Shown one piece after another: positions 30,249 through 40,691 of a stretch of DNA of 64,000 nucleotides. Position 1 is the first letter of the stretch. The number at the start of each line of letters is the position of its first letter. The translations under genes were made by a program, and so were the position numbers. Where the stretch lies: contig NZ_JAKRGH010000025.1 in NCBI RefSeq assembly GCF_022347565.1, positions 1-64,000 on the forward strand. The letters are read 5' to 3'. The stretch is from Vibrio sp. Of7-15 (GTDB lineage Bacteria > Pseudomonadota > Gammaproteobacteria > Enterobacterales > Vibrionaceae). The notes below the pieces were generated by a model, which did not search any database, was not told where the DNA came from, and was given only the letters and a program-made list of their open reading frames with translations.

Positions 30249-31379
30249 TTACTTCTTTTTGATTCTTCGCATTGAGGCAAAGATAAATAAAGAAAGGAAT
30301 GATAATAAACCTGTCGACCCTCCTTCTGTTGAGAATAAGCTTTGGTTGGTTGAACTGTTATCACCAACAGTAACCACATCAGAGCCTATTTCATTTTTAA
30401 CAACAAAAGGATCGATATTAAACGTGTATTGATTAGCTCCAGTAAGTTGATTCACTGTAATGCCTGTTTTACTGGAAATCCAATTTAGATAATTCGATAC
30501 CTGAGTGTAAACTCCTGGATGTTCGCCTACACCGCACCCATTACTCGTGCCAAAGCTTACTACCCCCACCAAGCGCATTCCTTTATCGATATCAGCTGTA
30601 TTACTTGGGTCACGCCACACTAAAGGACCACCACTGTCTCCCTGACAACTGCTTGTGTTTGAATGTTGCACAGGTTTTGCCGCACATATCATTAAATCGT
30701 CAGGTAAACTAATTCCCCAAGTAGTTTCACACGCGTTATCTGGTACTCCAATCAGTAAAGCTTGCCTTAAACGACTGGACGTATCGTCTTCAGTTGCAGA
30801 TGAAAGAGGCACTGTATTACCCCAGCCGGAAACCAATAAGGTAGCTTCATTATCTTGATTGTAATTGTAATTATGACCACTCCATTGATTGGCAAAAGCC
30901 TTATCCATACTTTGCTGGCCTTCACTATCAAGTAGAGTAATAGGCGTTCCAGATTTAAGGTCGCCATTGATCTTAATAAGCGCAATGTCATTTACAACCG
31001 TAACTGGAGAGTAACTTTCGTGAATAATTAACTCACTCACCGCATGAGATACACCTTTGCCTTTAAGAGTACTGCCAGAGTAAATGGTAACGGTTCTTGA
31101 GGTATCAACGTAACTCTGGTTTTTATTGGCTAGGCAATGTGCGGCAGTCAGTACCCAGTTTGCATTGAGAATAATTCCACCACACAAGTAAGTCACGTTC
31201 ACACTTTCTCCATTGACTTGGAGCGTTTTTTTGCCTTCTACTTGCACTTGCCATGGAATAGCGTTTGTTTGGCTTATATTACCATCGACAACGTATGGCG
31301 ATATTCCATCTTGAGCAAACGCATTGAGTGAAACCACACACGCTAAAGGAAGAGAAAGAGGTAAGTATTTCGTTTTCAT
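30249..31379 (-). CDS. Secreted trypsin-like (S1) serine protease with a GlyGly-CTERM sorting signal (VesB-like)
   Basis: Catalytic triad motifs TAAHC, DIALIKI and GDSGGPL. The C-terminus GGSTGLLSFLSLFIFASMRRIKKK is GG, then a TM, then a basic tail. The likely start is Met at 31379, giving signal peptide MKTKYLPLSLPLACVVSLNAFA. Confidence 0.85.
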   Translation of the reverse strand: MKTKYLPLSLPLACVVSLNAFAQDGISPYVVDGNISQTNAIPWQVQVEGKKTLQVNGESVNVTYLCGGIILNANWVLTAAHCLANKNQSYVDTSRTVTIYSGSTLKGKGVSHAVSELIIHESYSPVTVVNDIALIKINGDLKSGTPITLLDSEGQQSMDKAFANQWSGHNYNYNQDNEATLLVSGWGNTVPLSSATEDDTSSRLRQALLIGVPDNACETTWGISLPDDLMICAAKPVQHSNTSSCQGDSGGPLVWRDPSNTADIDKGMRLVGVVSFGTSNGCGVGEHPGVYTQVSNYLNWISSKTGITVNQLTGANQYTFNIDPFVVKNEIGSDVVTVGDNSSTNQSLFSTEGGSTGLLSFLSLFIFASMRRIKKK

Positions 31380-31679
31380 CAAAGCTTTTTTCCTGCTTAT
31401 TAATTGCATATTTATAGTTATAATCAAGCAGGGATTATAATTTAACCTTTGATTTTATAAAGCCTTTTATCAGGAATCATTTCAATAAAGTAAGAACGTG
31501 ATTTGCCCCAAGTGCCGCGTATACCCTTCTTTTGGACACGAGGAATTAAGAAAGACTACGAAGAAGGTGAAAGGGAGCTATAACAATATGATAGGTATAA
31601 TATAAATCATTACATTAATGAAAAAGCCGGAGGCATAGAAAAGACTACCTCCGGAATATCTACACTATTGAAAACTTTA

Positions 31680-32801
31680 CTACTTTTTTACTCTTCTAAG
31701 AGAAGCAAGAATAAGCAGAGACAACATGGAGAATACGCCAGTAGAGCCACCTGATGTAGTGACTGTTCTATTGCTAATCGTTGTACCCGTGCCAGTATCC
31801 ACCTCAGTAGCTACTTCATTTTTAACCGCAAAAGGATCCGCGTAAAATACATGTTTATTGGCATCAGTAAGTTCAGAATTCAGCCCCGTGTTAGATCTAA
31901 TCCAGTCAAGGTAACTTGATACCTGAGTATAAACTCCAGGAGTGCTAGATCCACATCCATTACCATAACTCACTACCCCAGCTAAGCGCATACCTTTATC
32001 ACTATCAGAGACATGAGACGGATCACGCCACACTAAAGGCCCGCCACTATCACCTTGACAGCTGTCGGTTTTTGAATTTTTCTGGGGCTTCATCGCACAC
32101 ATAGAGAGAGTAGTATCAGGATCATACTGAAGGCCTCTGTATATAGCTCTCAGCTCCGCCCAGCTAGTATCACAGACAGTATCAGTCACTCCCACCAGCA
32201 AGGCTTGTCTTAAATTATTACTGGATATAGCTTGATCTTTAGTATCCCCCCAACCAGAAACCAGCAAAGTTGCTGCGTTATCTTGATTGTATTCATAATC
32301 AAAGCCACTCCACTGGTTACGAAAAGCGTCATCCATGCTTTGCTGCCCTTGGCTATCAAGCAGAGTGATAGGAGTACCAGATTTTAGGACACCATCTATC
32401 TTGATAAGAGCAATATCATTCAAGCCTGTTTTATTGGACGTTGAGTAACCAGAATGGATAATAGTTTCACTTACAGCATGGGCATCCCCTCCGTCTTTTA
32501 CATTACTGCCTGAATAGATGGTGATGTTATTATCAGTAATACGCTGTTCATCACTGTCGTAGAGGCAATGTGCCGCTGTAAGAACCCAATTATTATTAAG
32601 GATGGTACCACCACAAGTGTAAGTGTAGATATAAAAGCCTTGAATAGATTGACTTTTAATTTGCACTTGCCATGGAATAGAGCCCGTTTGGCTTGTATTA
32701 CCATCTACAATATAAGGCGAGATTCCATCTTGAGCAAAAGCATTGAAAGAAAACGCACACGCCAAAGAGAGGGGTAGAGTTAAAGCTCTAAATTCCATCA
32801 A
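31680..32801 (-). CDS. Secreted trypsin-like (S1) serine protease with a GlyGly-CTERM sorting signal, paralog of the preceding gene
   Basis: TAAHC, DIALIKI and GDSGGPL are present. The C-terminus reads GGSTGVFSMLSLLILASLRRVKK. The N-terminal region IPWQVQ is shared with the neighbouring protease. Confidence 0.85.
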   Translation of the reverse strand: MMEFRALTLPLSLACAFSFNAFAQDGISPYIVDGNTSQTGSIPWQVQIKSQSIQGFYIYTYTCGGTILNNNWVLTAAHCLYDSDEQRITDNNITIYSGSNVKDGGDAHAVSETIIHSGYSTSNKTGLNDIALIKIDGVLKSGTPITLLDSQGQQSMDDAFRNQWSGFDYEYNQDNAATLLVSGWGDTKDQAISSNNLRQALLVGVTDTVCDTSWAELRAIYRGLQYDPDTTLSMCAMKPQKNSKTDSCQGDSGGPLVWRDPSHVSDSDKGMRLAGVVSYGNGCGSSTPGVYTQVSSYLDWIRSNTGLNSELTDANKHVFYADPFAVKNEVATEVDTGTGTTISNRTVTTSGGSTGVFSMLSLLILASLRRVKK

Positions 32802-33002
32802 ATATAATTCCTGCTTATTAGTTAAGTATTTATAGAGATAAGTGATGAAGCATTTTAATCATTAAAAATATTTAATAAAGCAGTTATTGATAAAAGGCCG
32901 TAATATTAACCATCTTTTATAAAGACGCCAACCGATTGTTATAACTGTGTGTAATTTAAAGATTTTAAGTTAACAAACGAAAATTAAAGTCCGTAAAAAG
33001 CT

Positions 33003-34274
33003 CTAATGGATGGGCAAAGTAGCTACAAAAACCGCACCGCTTCGTTCATTAGATTCAATCACTATGGTTCCCAAATGGCCATGAATCACTTGCGCAACAA
33101 TTGCAAGACCCAGCCCATGACCACCACTTTGACGATCCCGTGCCGTACCAATTCGATAAAAAGGCTTGAATACGCTTTCTCGCTCAAACTCCGGAATTCC
33201 CGGACCGTCATCTTCAACTTGAAGCACAAATTGCCCATTATTTACATAAACTTTGACCTTTACTTCACTATTTGCATAACGAATAGCGTTACCAATCAAG
33301 TTCGACATCGCACGCTGAAGTTGAACATGATCCACATTCACCTCTTCATCAGTACACTCCAATAAAATGGGCACAGGGCTCACCACTTGGTGCTTTTTCA
33401 CCAAGAGATTAAGCCAATTTGATGGCGCTTCTAACGTACGACAGGGTTTCATATCAAGTCCTTCTAAACGCGCATAATAAAGCAGCTCCTCCACCAGTTC
33501 TTCCAATTCATCAATATCAGCGGCTAGTCCATCCAAATGGCGTTGAACATCTTCATTCACTTCCAACTCATCTAAAAGTGCGAGCTGACACTCCATCCTA
33601 AATAATGGTGTCCGTAGTTCATGAGCAACCGCATTACTAAGTTGCTTTTGACTAGTAATGAGCTGGCTCACCCGCTGTGCCATTCCGTTAAATTGCTCGT
33701 TAAGCGCCCCTAGCCGGATCCCTGCCTTTTCAGGAGCCCGGGCTGAAAAAACACCATTAGCGAACTCATAAGTCGCATTTTCCAAAGGTTTTAAACGACG
33801 ATGAAGAAGAAAAACAACCACTAAGCTATAAAAAAAGAAAACTCCACCAAACCAATAAAACGCAAATGAGTCTTCATAATCCAGCTCGCCCCAAATGGAA
33901 TACTGACGATCCGGAAATAAGTAATAAAGCCTTTCCCCGATGTACAACAAATATTCATTATCATCAATGCTTATGGCTCGCTTTTCCTTGAGCTCTGCAT
34001 GTTTGTGGCTACTCAGACCATTCACATCTTTCCAGTCAATCACTCTTACATCAAAAAAACTGTCTCTTACAAATTTTTCGATGGCGCTGGCCGCTTTTTC
34101 ATGACCGATAACGGTGACATCATCCACCACCCGGGCGAAAGAAGAAACATGTGTCGCCGCAAGTTGAGTATCGTAATCAGGCCTGATCTCTTGAAAATAA
34201 TACGACATTGACACCAGCCCCAAGAAGAAGCAGAGAAACGATCCAGCAAAAATCTCTAAAAAAATACGTCTCAT
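33003..34274 (-). CDS. Two-component sensor histidine kinase
   Basis: Two TMs, a HAMP domain, the H-box VAHELRTPL, and HATPase_c motifs N (NLIGNAIRY) and G (GLGLAIV). Confidence 0.85.
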   Translation of the reverse strand: MRRIFLEIFAGSFLCFFLGLVSMSYYFQEIRPDYDTQLAATHVSSFARVVDDVTVIGHEKAASAIEKFVRDSFFDVRVIDWKDVNGLSSHKHAELKEKRAISIDDNEYLLYIGERLYYLFPDRQYSIWGELDYEDSFAFYWFGGVFFFYSLVVVFLLHRRLKPLENATYEFANGVFSARAPEKAGIRLGALNEQFNGMAQRVSQLITSQKQLSNAVAHELRTPLFRMECQLALLDELEVNEDVQRHLDGLAADIDELEELVEELLYYARLEGLDMKPCRTLEAPSNWLNLLVKKHQVVSPVPILLECTDEEVNVDHVQLQRAMSNLIGNAIRYANSEVKVKVYVNNGQFVLQVEDDGPGIPEFERESVFKPFYRIGTARDRQSGGHGLGLAIVAQVIHGHLGTIVIESNERSGAVFVATLPIH

Positions 34275-34283
34275 AACTCCTCA

Positions 34284-35000
34284 CTACCATTGCTTTGAGA
34301 CAAACACATACCCTTTGCCACGCACGGTGATGAGCTTAAATGCGTTGCTTGGATCATCCCCGAGTTTCTTTCTTAAAATAGCAATTTTGTTATCGACTGT
34401 TCTGTCTAGCCCATCGTATTCAATACCTCGAGTTTCTGACACCAAAAACGATCTCGATAAAATTTGATCTGGGTTACATGCAAAGATCCACAATAAATCG
34501 AACTCTGCGTCGGTCAATTTCACGTTCACTTCAGCAAGGGTACACATTCGCTGGATTTGATTTAGGTACAGCCCACCAAAACGCCGATCGCTATTCACCA
34601 CTTTTTCAGTTTGGGTACTGGGGGCAACTTCTTCCGCGCGTACCTGACGACGTAATAAATTCCGAATACGGGCCATCAATACCCGAGGTTTCACAGGTTT
34701 AGATACAAAATCATCAGCCCCCACTTCAAGCGCTGATACATGATCAAAATCATCATCACTGGCCGTTAACATTAAAATTTGCCCTGAATACTGATGCCGA
34801 ACTTGACCACAAATCTGCAAACCATCCAGACCAGGAAGCATCAAGTCTAAGATAACGAGCTCTGGCCCCTGCTCTAAAATCACAGCAACGGCTTTTGCGC
34901 CATCGTAAACAGGAGTTACATCAAATCCACTACCAGAAAGGTACTCCGTCAACAGTGCACTGAGCTTCTCGTCATCTTCTACCAAAACTATATGGGGCAT
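34284..35000 (-). CDS. OmpR-family response regulator
   Basis: Receiver domain (HIVLVEDD...DLMLPGLDG...LTASDD) plus a winged-helix C-terminus. Met at 35000 (MPHIV…) is the likely start, not 35060. Confidence 0.85.
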   Translation of the reverse strand: MPHIVLVEDDEKLSALLTEYLSGSGFDVTPVYDGAKAVAVILEQGPELVILDLMLPGLDGLQICGQVRHQYSGQILMLTASDDDFDHVSALEVGADDFVSKPVKPRVLMARIRNLLRRQVRAEEVAPSTQTEKVVNSDRRFGGLYLNQIQRMCTLAEVNVKLTDAEFDLLWIFACNPDQILSRSFLVSETRGIEYDGLDRTVDNKIAILRKKLGDDPSNAFKLITVRGKGYVFVSKQW

Positions 35001-35362
35001 TTTCGTCATCAGCCTTAAAATCACTAATACAGCCAGAGGGGGAGGTAATCTAAGCGGCAAACTCGCTCTTTACTCTTTGTTAGCCTCACCAATACAAGCG
35101 TAGCCAAGCCTAGATCTCTTATCAGCGTAAAATACAAAACCACCATTAATCTGTATATAAAAAAACAGAGTTCAAATGTATGGATTTGTATGTGAGCAAC
35201 ATGCAATCTCCGACAATAGAACACTGTATTAATGAAAAATACTCACTTACTTTATAACTAAACAACCTGTTAATTGTCTGGCAACTTAGCACAAAGGACG
35301 AAGCATCTCGTATTTCAACAATTGCAGCGTTACATTTTATTTTCCAATCTAAGGCAATTGCT

Positions 35363-36416
35363 ATGAATACTAAACAACGTATCGTCAGTCTTGATTTCCT
35401 AAGGGGGCTCATGATTTTCATGGCGGTATTTGAGCACTACACTGGCTACCTAAATTACTGGTATATCGACTTTTTCATCCGTGAGCGCTCTTTTAGTACC
35501 TTGGGTGAGCCAAATCTACTTGGCTCTGGCGGGCTTTAACCTTGCGATAAAAAACCAACAACAGATCCGAGCTGGGCTCATAAAAAAACTGATGCTTTTT
35601 GGCTCTATCATATTAATTCTGTGCATTGAGGGCTTGATCGTCGCCCCAAATTTCGGTGAAGCGATCTCCTTTTACCCTGTCATGCTATGGATGATATTGC
35701 TTGCACTTTTTGCGATTGTTTACGCCTTTGCAGGGATCCGTGGCATGCTCGCTTTAACGTTAATCAGCTTGTTCATAAGCCAACTCGGCGTACCTAAAGC
35801 CATCAACAACCTTGAAATTGCCATCCGAACTCTGATCCACCCAGATTTTGAATTAGATGCCCGAGTTGAGCTGTTTATGGCCAGTGGTTGCTTTGGTTTT
35901 CTGTATGGTTGGGTATGGCATCACAAACCTGAAAAACAAGATCTCATCAATTATGTCGTCATCGCCACGTCGATCATCGCACTGATCGTTTATGTCATTT
36001 TTGGCGATGCGATCTCTATCAATTTAGCCAATATTTACGCAGAGGAACACTCCCTTGCAGAAGGTGTTTTGGGCCGCATTGGGATATGGAGCATGGAATT
36101 TTTGGTGATCAGTAGTGTGCTGATACTGCATCGACGAGGGATCCAATTAAACTGGCCTCCAATTAATTGGATTGGTATGTACTCACTAACGGTATTTATC
36201 TTCCATAAATCAATCTTTGTGTTCCTATGGGGACCATTAATGACACTGATCACTGCAAAACTGGGCATCACTCTGATCAACAGCTTTTCCCTTGTTTTTG
36301 CCTTGACGACGCTATCCATTATGATGATTTACGTTGTCAAACGCTCAGGCATTGTTTGCCACTTAATGGGAGATCACCAAGACAAAAATTGGCATGCATC
36401 GTACAAAAGCCCATAA
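35363..36416 (+). pseudogene. Multi-pass membrane protein (acyltransferase-3/DUF418-like N-terminus) interrupted by a frameshift
   Basis: ATG at 35363 encodes MNTKQRIVSLDFLRGLMIFMAVFEHYTGYLNYWYIDFFIRE, the RI.SLD.LRG…H N-terminal signature, and stops at about 35540. The long ORF 35481..36416 continues the membrane protein in another frame, so a frame change is needed between roughly 35480 and 35540. Confidence 0.5.
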
Positions 36417-36522
36417 CGACATCATGCCCATAATTTTTAACTTATCGTAGGTAGCAGTTTATAAATGGCAGCAAAGGTTTGCCTTTCATACGCACTGGGT
36501 GAGTATTCAATCACACTGAAAA

Positions 36523-37035
36523 CTAAGAAAGCAGTGCCTTTGCTAATTCAACCTCATGAAGAATGTAATCATCAAGTTGCTCAGAGTTAGTTTCTCCGGT
36601 GGCTTGATAACCTTGAGAGGAATAAAAACGAAGAGCGGATTCATTCGATTCTAGCGAAGATAATACAACCTTTTCATAATCGAGTCTGACGAGTTCCGAC
36701 TCACAACGCGCAAGTAACAATGAACCAATACCTTTTCTATAAAAATCAGGGCGTACATACAAGGTGCTCACTTTTGCTATTTTTCCCGTATCGTCACCTC
36801 GAAAATCATCAAAACACATAAAACCGACAATGTCATGATCATACGCCGCCACAAACACATGTGCTAATTGCTCGCCCACCATTCTAGTCCACAATTTATG
36901 TCGGCGCTCATAAGAAAACCGAGCAATGTAGCTTTCTGGCATCAATCCCTTATACGCAACAGCCCACGAATTAACATGTAAATTTGCTATGGCACTGACA
37001 TCTTCCATGACAGCTTTTCTGACGTTGTAGCTCAT
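36523..37035 (-). CDS. GNAT family N-acetyltransferase
   Basis: RKGIGSLLLARCESELVRLDYEKVVLSS shows the GNAT fold. Length is 170 aa. Confidence 0.8.
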   Translation of the reverse strand: MSYNVRKAVMEDVSAIANLHVNSWAVAYKGLMPESYIARFSYERRHKLWTRMVGEQLAHVFVAAYDHDIVGFMCFDDFRGDDTGKIAKVSTLYVRPDFYRKGIGSLLLARCESELVRLDYEKVVLSSLESNESALRFYSSQGYQATGETNSEQLDDYILHEVELAKALLS

Positions 37036-37275
37036 TCACTCTTTCCTTACCATGATCATTCCTTAATCTGTACCAAAGAAGGCATACAGAAATGCAAACT
37101 TCACAAAAAAGCCGAGCCTCAATATAGCTCGACTTACAAGAAACAATAACCGCCTTCTTAAGCAGTCTTAAAAATTTGTATTACAGTGTCTAGATAAGCT
37201 CAATTTTTGCGTTGAGTTTTTACTAACGCTACCAATAATGCTTCTTGCTTTCATATTAGAGCCCAAATGATGATC

Positions 37276-38190
37276 TTACTGCTTATTTGTGTTGCTGTAA
37301 TCGAATTGCGCATAACCAAACGCAGGGCTCAACAATTTATACAAACTCTTCAGTTCAAAAGTCGTTGCCATGTTGATATCTTCTGAGCTGTATTTGGATT
37401 CCAATTCAAATGACACCGTAATAGGAGTATTGAAAAAGACATCCGTAATTGAGTAATGATCGTTGCCAGTGCCGTAATACGGACTAAACGGTAACGATTC
37501 ATATCGGCCATTAAGCTGGATGAGGTCACTCTCTAACTTGGATACTGTTTTCTTATAGCAACCTTCATCGACACACTTTTTGAATGTGTATTTAACCTGA
37601 TTTACCGATTGATCTTCTAGAGAAGGATCCGTTTGAAAAACAATTTTAGGCGTTAGCGATTTTTTGTTAATTGTCTCTTTAGAAACCTTGAATATAAGCT
37701 CATAAGAGACATCGGATAGACCGCTTTTGAATTCCTGATCAACAATTATATCCATTTCATCCACACCAAAATGGCATGAAATATTATCTTTGTTGCAAGT
37801 CGCAATCGTTTCTTCATATGGCAGGTGATAAATGGCATCCATGGTGATCGCATTTTTCACAAGAAGAGCATGCTCTTTTGTGGATGAATTTTTGATCGGT
37901 TTTCCGCTCCTATCCACCACGATGATACGGCCCGTTTTACAATCAATAAGAGTGAATGTGCCATCACCATTAAAACCAACAGATCGAACTCTTTTACTTG
38001 GATCTTCATCAATCTGATAAGAGTTATATACCGTACATAACTGACTTGAAACAGACAGTTCTTGGTGATTAATGCTTGTCGGTATTTGTACTTTTCCTTG
38101 CCAATGAGCGCTCGTTTTTTCGGCACTTTCACTTTTATCACATCCTTGTAGTAATCCTATTACAGTTAATAGTATTGCTACGTTTTTCAT
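37276..38190 (-). CDS. Hypothetical lipoprotein
   Basis: Lipobox LLQGC after a signal peptide (MKNVAILLTVIGLLQGCDKS). Length is 304 aa. Confidence 0.6.
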   Translation of the reverse strand: MKNVAILLTVIGLLQGCDKSESAEKTSAHWQGKVQIPTSINHQELSVSSQLCTVYNSYQIDEDPSKRVRSVGFNGDGTFTLIDCKTGRIIVVDRSGKPIKNSSTKEHALLVKNAITMDAIYHLPYEETIATCNKDNISCHFGVDEMDIIVDQEFKSGLSDVSYELIFKVSKETINKKSLTPKIVFQTDPSLEDQSVNQVKYTFKKCVDEGCYKKTVSKLESDLIQLNGRYESLPFSPYYGTGNDHYSITDVFFNTPITVSFELESKYSSEDINMATTFELKSLYKLLSPAFGYAQFDYSNTNKQ

Positions 38191-38454
38191 CTTCCACTCT
38201 ATATTGAACAGTGTATTTAATTAAAGTGGAATTATATCGCCTTTTGCAAACGAATCACCATCTGTATTTGTGGTTTAAAAAGGAATTTTCTCAACGGCTA
38301 TCGCACAAAAAACGTCCCCTTTATCATATCAACTGAAGTATTAATATTTTTTATAAATTATGGGAGACACATCTGCTTATCTCAATGAAAGACATGGAAG
38401 CATTAATGAGCGTTATGGTTATTAGTCTGGAGTCTGTATGGTGGACTTAAATAA

Positions 38455-39456
38455 ATGTTGAAAATCGATAATTTGGCTTCGGAAATGGACTTCAAAGATC
38501 GTTATTTTACAGTATTAGACTCTCTACCAGATCATATTTTTGTTTTTTCTGAATCGGGCAGCTACGTTGATGTCTACGGCGGAGAAGAGAATGAAACGGG
38601 CTTTGATTGCAAATCCTTCATTGGTCGCTCGCTTTATGAAGTATCTCCCCCTGACATGGCAAAAAAGTTTCATGCTTATATTAGAGCAGCGCTAGAAAGC
38701 AATAAAATCCAAGTGATCAAATACAAATTTGATAAGCAAGAGATGATTGATTTGCCTGATCACGTCTCGACCCCTATGGAAATTTGGTTCGAAGGCATTA
38801 TTAAACCACTTACCCTTATAGAAAATAACGAAAGAACCGTTGTGTGGATGGCAAAGAACATCACGGAGCGTCATTACTTAGAGCAGCGCTTAAAAACACT
38901 TTCTGAGATAGATGAATTAACAGGGATTTACAATAGACGCTCATTCACCAGCTCTCTTTCAAAATCGTTAGAACGCTTCCACTCAGAGCAACGTTCTTTT
39001 TCCTTACTGATGATTGATATAGATAGATTTAAACGAATCAATGATTCTATCGGGCATTCATCTGGTGATGATGTGATTAACCATGTTGTCTCGATATTTC
39101 AGTCAGAATTAGCCCCAACACACTGTATTGGCCGGCTAGGGGGCGAAGAATTTTCGGTAATACTCGATGGCACCACACCATTAAACGCCCTATGTGTCGC
39201 CGAAAAAATCAGAGCAAAAATTGAAAAATCCCCCTGCAAAACAGGAGAGTATACAGTGCAAGCAACCGTCAGTATCGGCGTTACTGGTGTACTTAAAAAC
39301 GATGACGACATCAAAAATCTGTTATCCCGGGCGGATAAGGCCATGTACCATTCAAAAACTAGCGGAAGAAACCGAGTCAGCTTATATACAGAAGATATAG
39401 AGCGGAACAATAGACGCTCAACGGACGGAATACAAATATTAAACGACACAACTTAA
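38455..39456 (+). CDS. Diguanylate cyclase (GGDEF) with an N-terminal PAS-like sensor
   Basis: Active-site GGEEF within IGRLGGEEFSVIL, preceded by the RRSF I-site-like motif. Length is 333 aa. Confidence 0.85.
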   Translation: MLKIDNLASEMDFKDRYFTVLDSLPDHIFVFSESGSYVDVYGGEENETGFDCKSFIGRSLYEVSPPDMAKKFHAYIRAALESNKIQVIKYKFDKQEMIDLPDHVSTPMEIWFEGIIKPLTLIENNERTVVWMAKNITERHYLEQRLKTLSEIDELTGIYNRRSFTSSLSKSLERFHSEQRSFSLLMIDIDRFKRINDSIGHSSGDDVINHVVSIFQSELAPTHCIGRLGGEEFSVILDGTTPLNALCVAEKIRAKIEKSPCKTGEYTVQATVSIGVTGVLKNDDDIKNLLSRADKAMYHSKTSGRNRVSLYTEDIERNNRRSTDGIQILNDTT

Positions 39457-39506
39457 TCACGCTCACCTGTTCACTCAATCAGCATTTGTAATCAACGGAA
39501 AATTAA

Positions 39507-40676
39507 ATGGATTTAAGACACTGTTCGGGATTCACCTTACCACTCCAAAAAGGGCCATTTCAGAATAATGGAGCAACGCCTTGGTATTGCGAACTAGGGA
39601 TTGGCTCTCCTGCGCAAAAACTCAAAATGTGCTTTGACACTGGCAGTAACTTCAACTGGGTAACATCCAATCTCTGCTCAGATGATGGCTGCAAGCATTA
39701 TGCAAATGCTCGCTTTAATTTAAATTTGTCTTCAACGTTTGAATGGATAAACCAAGACGTACAATCGGTCAATTTTGGGCCATGGGGCACAATGCAAGTA
39801 GAAACAGGAAGAGATCGTTTATGCCTCCCCTACCATCACGGCCCCTCAATTGTTAGTGATCTCTTTTTAGCCTCTGAATATTCTGGCACTCAGTTTGAAG
39901 AACTCGACTGGGATGGTGGGATCGGCCTGCCAAGCTCTCAAGACATAACAGCGATTGCTCCAAGTGCTTCTTATCCTTTTAGGGGGCACCACACGAATAC
40001 CAATTCAAATGAAGACTTTAATTTTTTCTTAACACTACTAAAAATGGGGCTGGTAGGCACTTCTACCCCTTATATTTCAGTACAAACAGAGCCACTGTGC
40101 GATCACCCAACAGGCTATATTGGGTTTGGCACATTGGATAGGTCTTACGCCTCTTCTCTTGAATATTTGTTTCTGCCTTGGTCGTGTTACCAACAAGAGG
40201 CCAGTTATTTATGGACAACAGCCAACACAACCGTAAAAGTCAATGGCAACACCATTGGCACCAACATGTTTTTTGCCCTAGATACTGGTTCATCGCAATT
40301 TAAAGGGGACAACTCAGTGTTAACCCAAGTGTATAACTTAACAAAAAACGATGGTCCCCCTGTCTCTATTATGCTCTCAGATGAAAATGGCATTGAATAT
40401 GGTGAATTAAACATCACTAGAGATATATACCAATGCAAAATAGAGGCAGGAGAGAAAAAAGGCAAAGTAGTTTCACAATTCCAAGGACTACCTGGGGCAG
40501 ACGACATGCTACTGGTTGGCTCTGTGTTAATGGATCACCTTTACACTGTGTACGAATATGAAGTGATCTCCAACAATGATATTCGCCCTAAAGGCGTCTG
40601 GATTTTCAATAAGCCGAATGGCCCCAAAATTATAAAAAACAGACAAACTTCCACTGCCTCATTATTCTCTCGTTAA
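39507..40676 (+). CDS. Pepsin-like (family A1) aspartic protease homologue, no signal peptide
   Basis: Two catalytic DTGS motifs arranged as in bilobal pepsins: YCELGIGSPAQKLKMCFDTGSNFNWV in the first lobe (compare pepsin Y.G.I.IGTPPQ.F.V.FDTGSS..WV) and FFALDTGSSQF in the second. Length is 389 aa, with a hydrophilic N-terminus. Confidence 0.8.
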   Translation: MDLRHCSGFTLPLQKGPFQNNGATPWYCELGIGSPAQKLKMCFDTGSNFNWVTSNLCSDDGCKHYANARFNLNLSSTFEWINQDVQSVNFGPWGTMQVETGRDRLCLPYHHGPSIVSDLFLASEYSGTQFEELDWDGGIGLPSSQDITAIAPSASYPFRGHHTNTNSNEDFNFFLTLLKMGLVGTSTPYISVQTEPLCDHPTGYIGFGTLDRSYASSLEYLFLPWSCYQQEASYLWTTANTTVKVNGNTIGTNMFFALDTGSSQFKGDNSVLTQVYNLTKNDGPPVSIMLSDENGIEYGELNITRDIYQCKIEAGEKKGKVVSQFQGLPGADDMLLVGSVLMDHLYTVYEYEVISNNDIRPKGVWIFNKPNGPKIIKNRQTSTASLFSR

Positions 40677-40691
40677 AGGATACATCGATTC

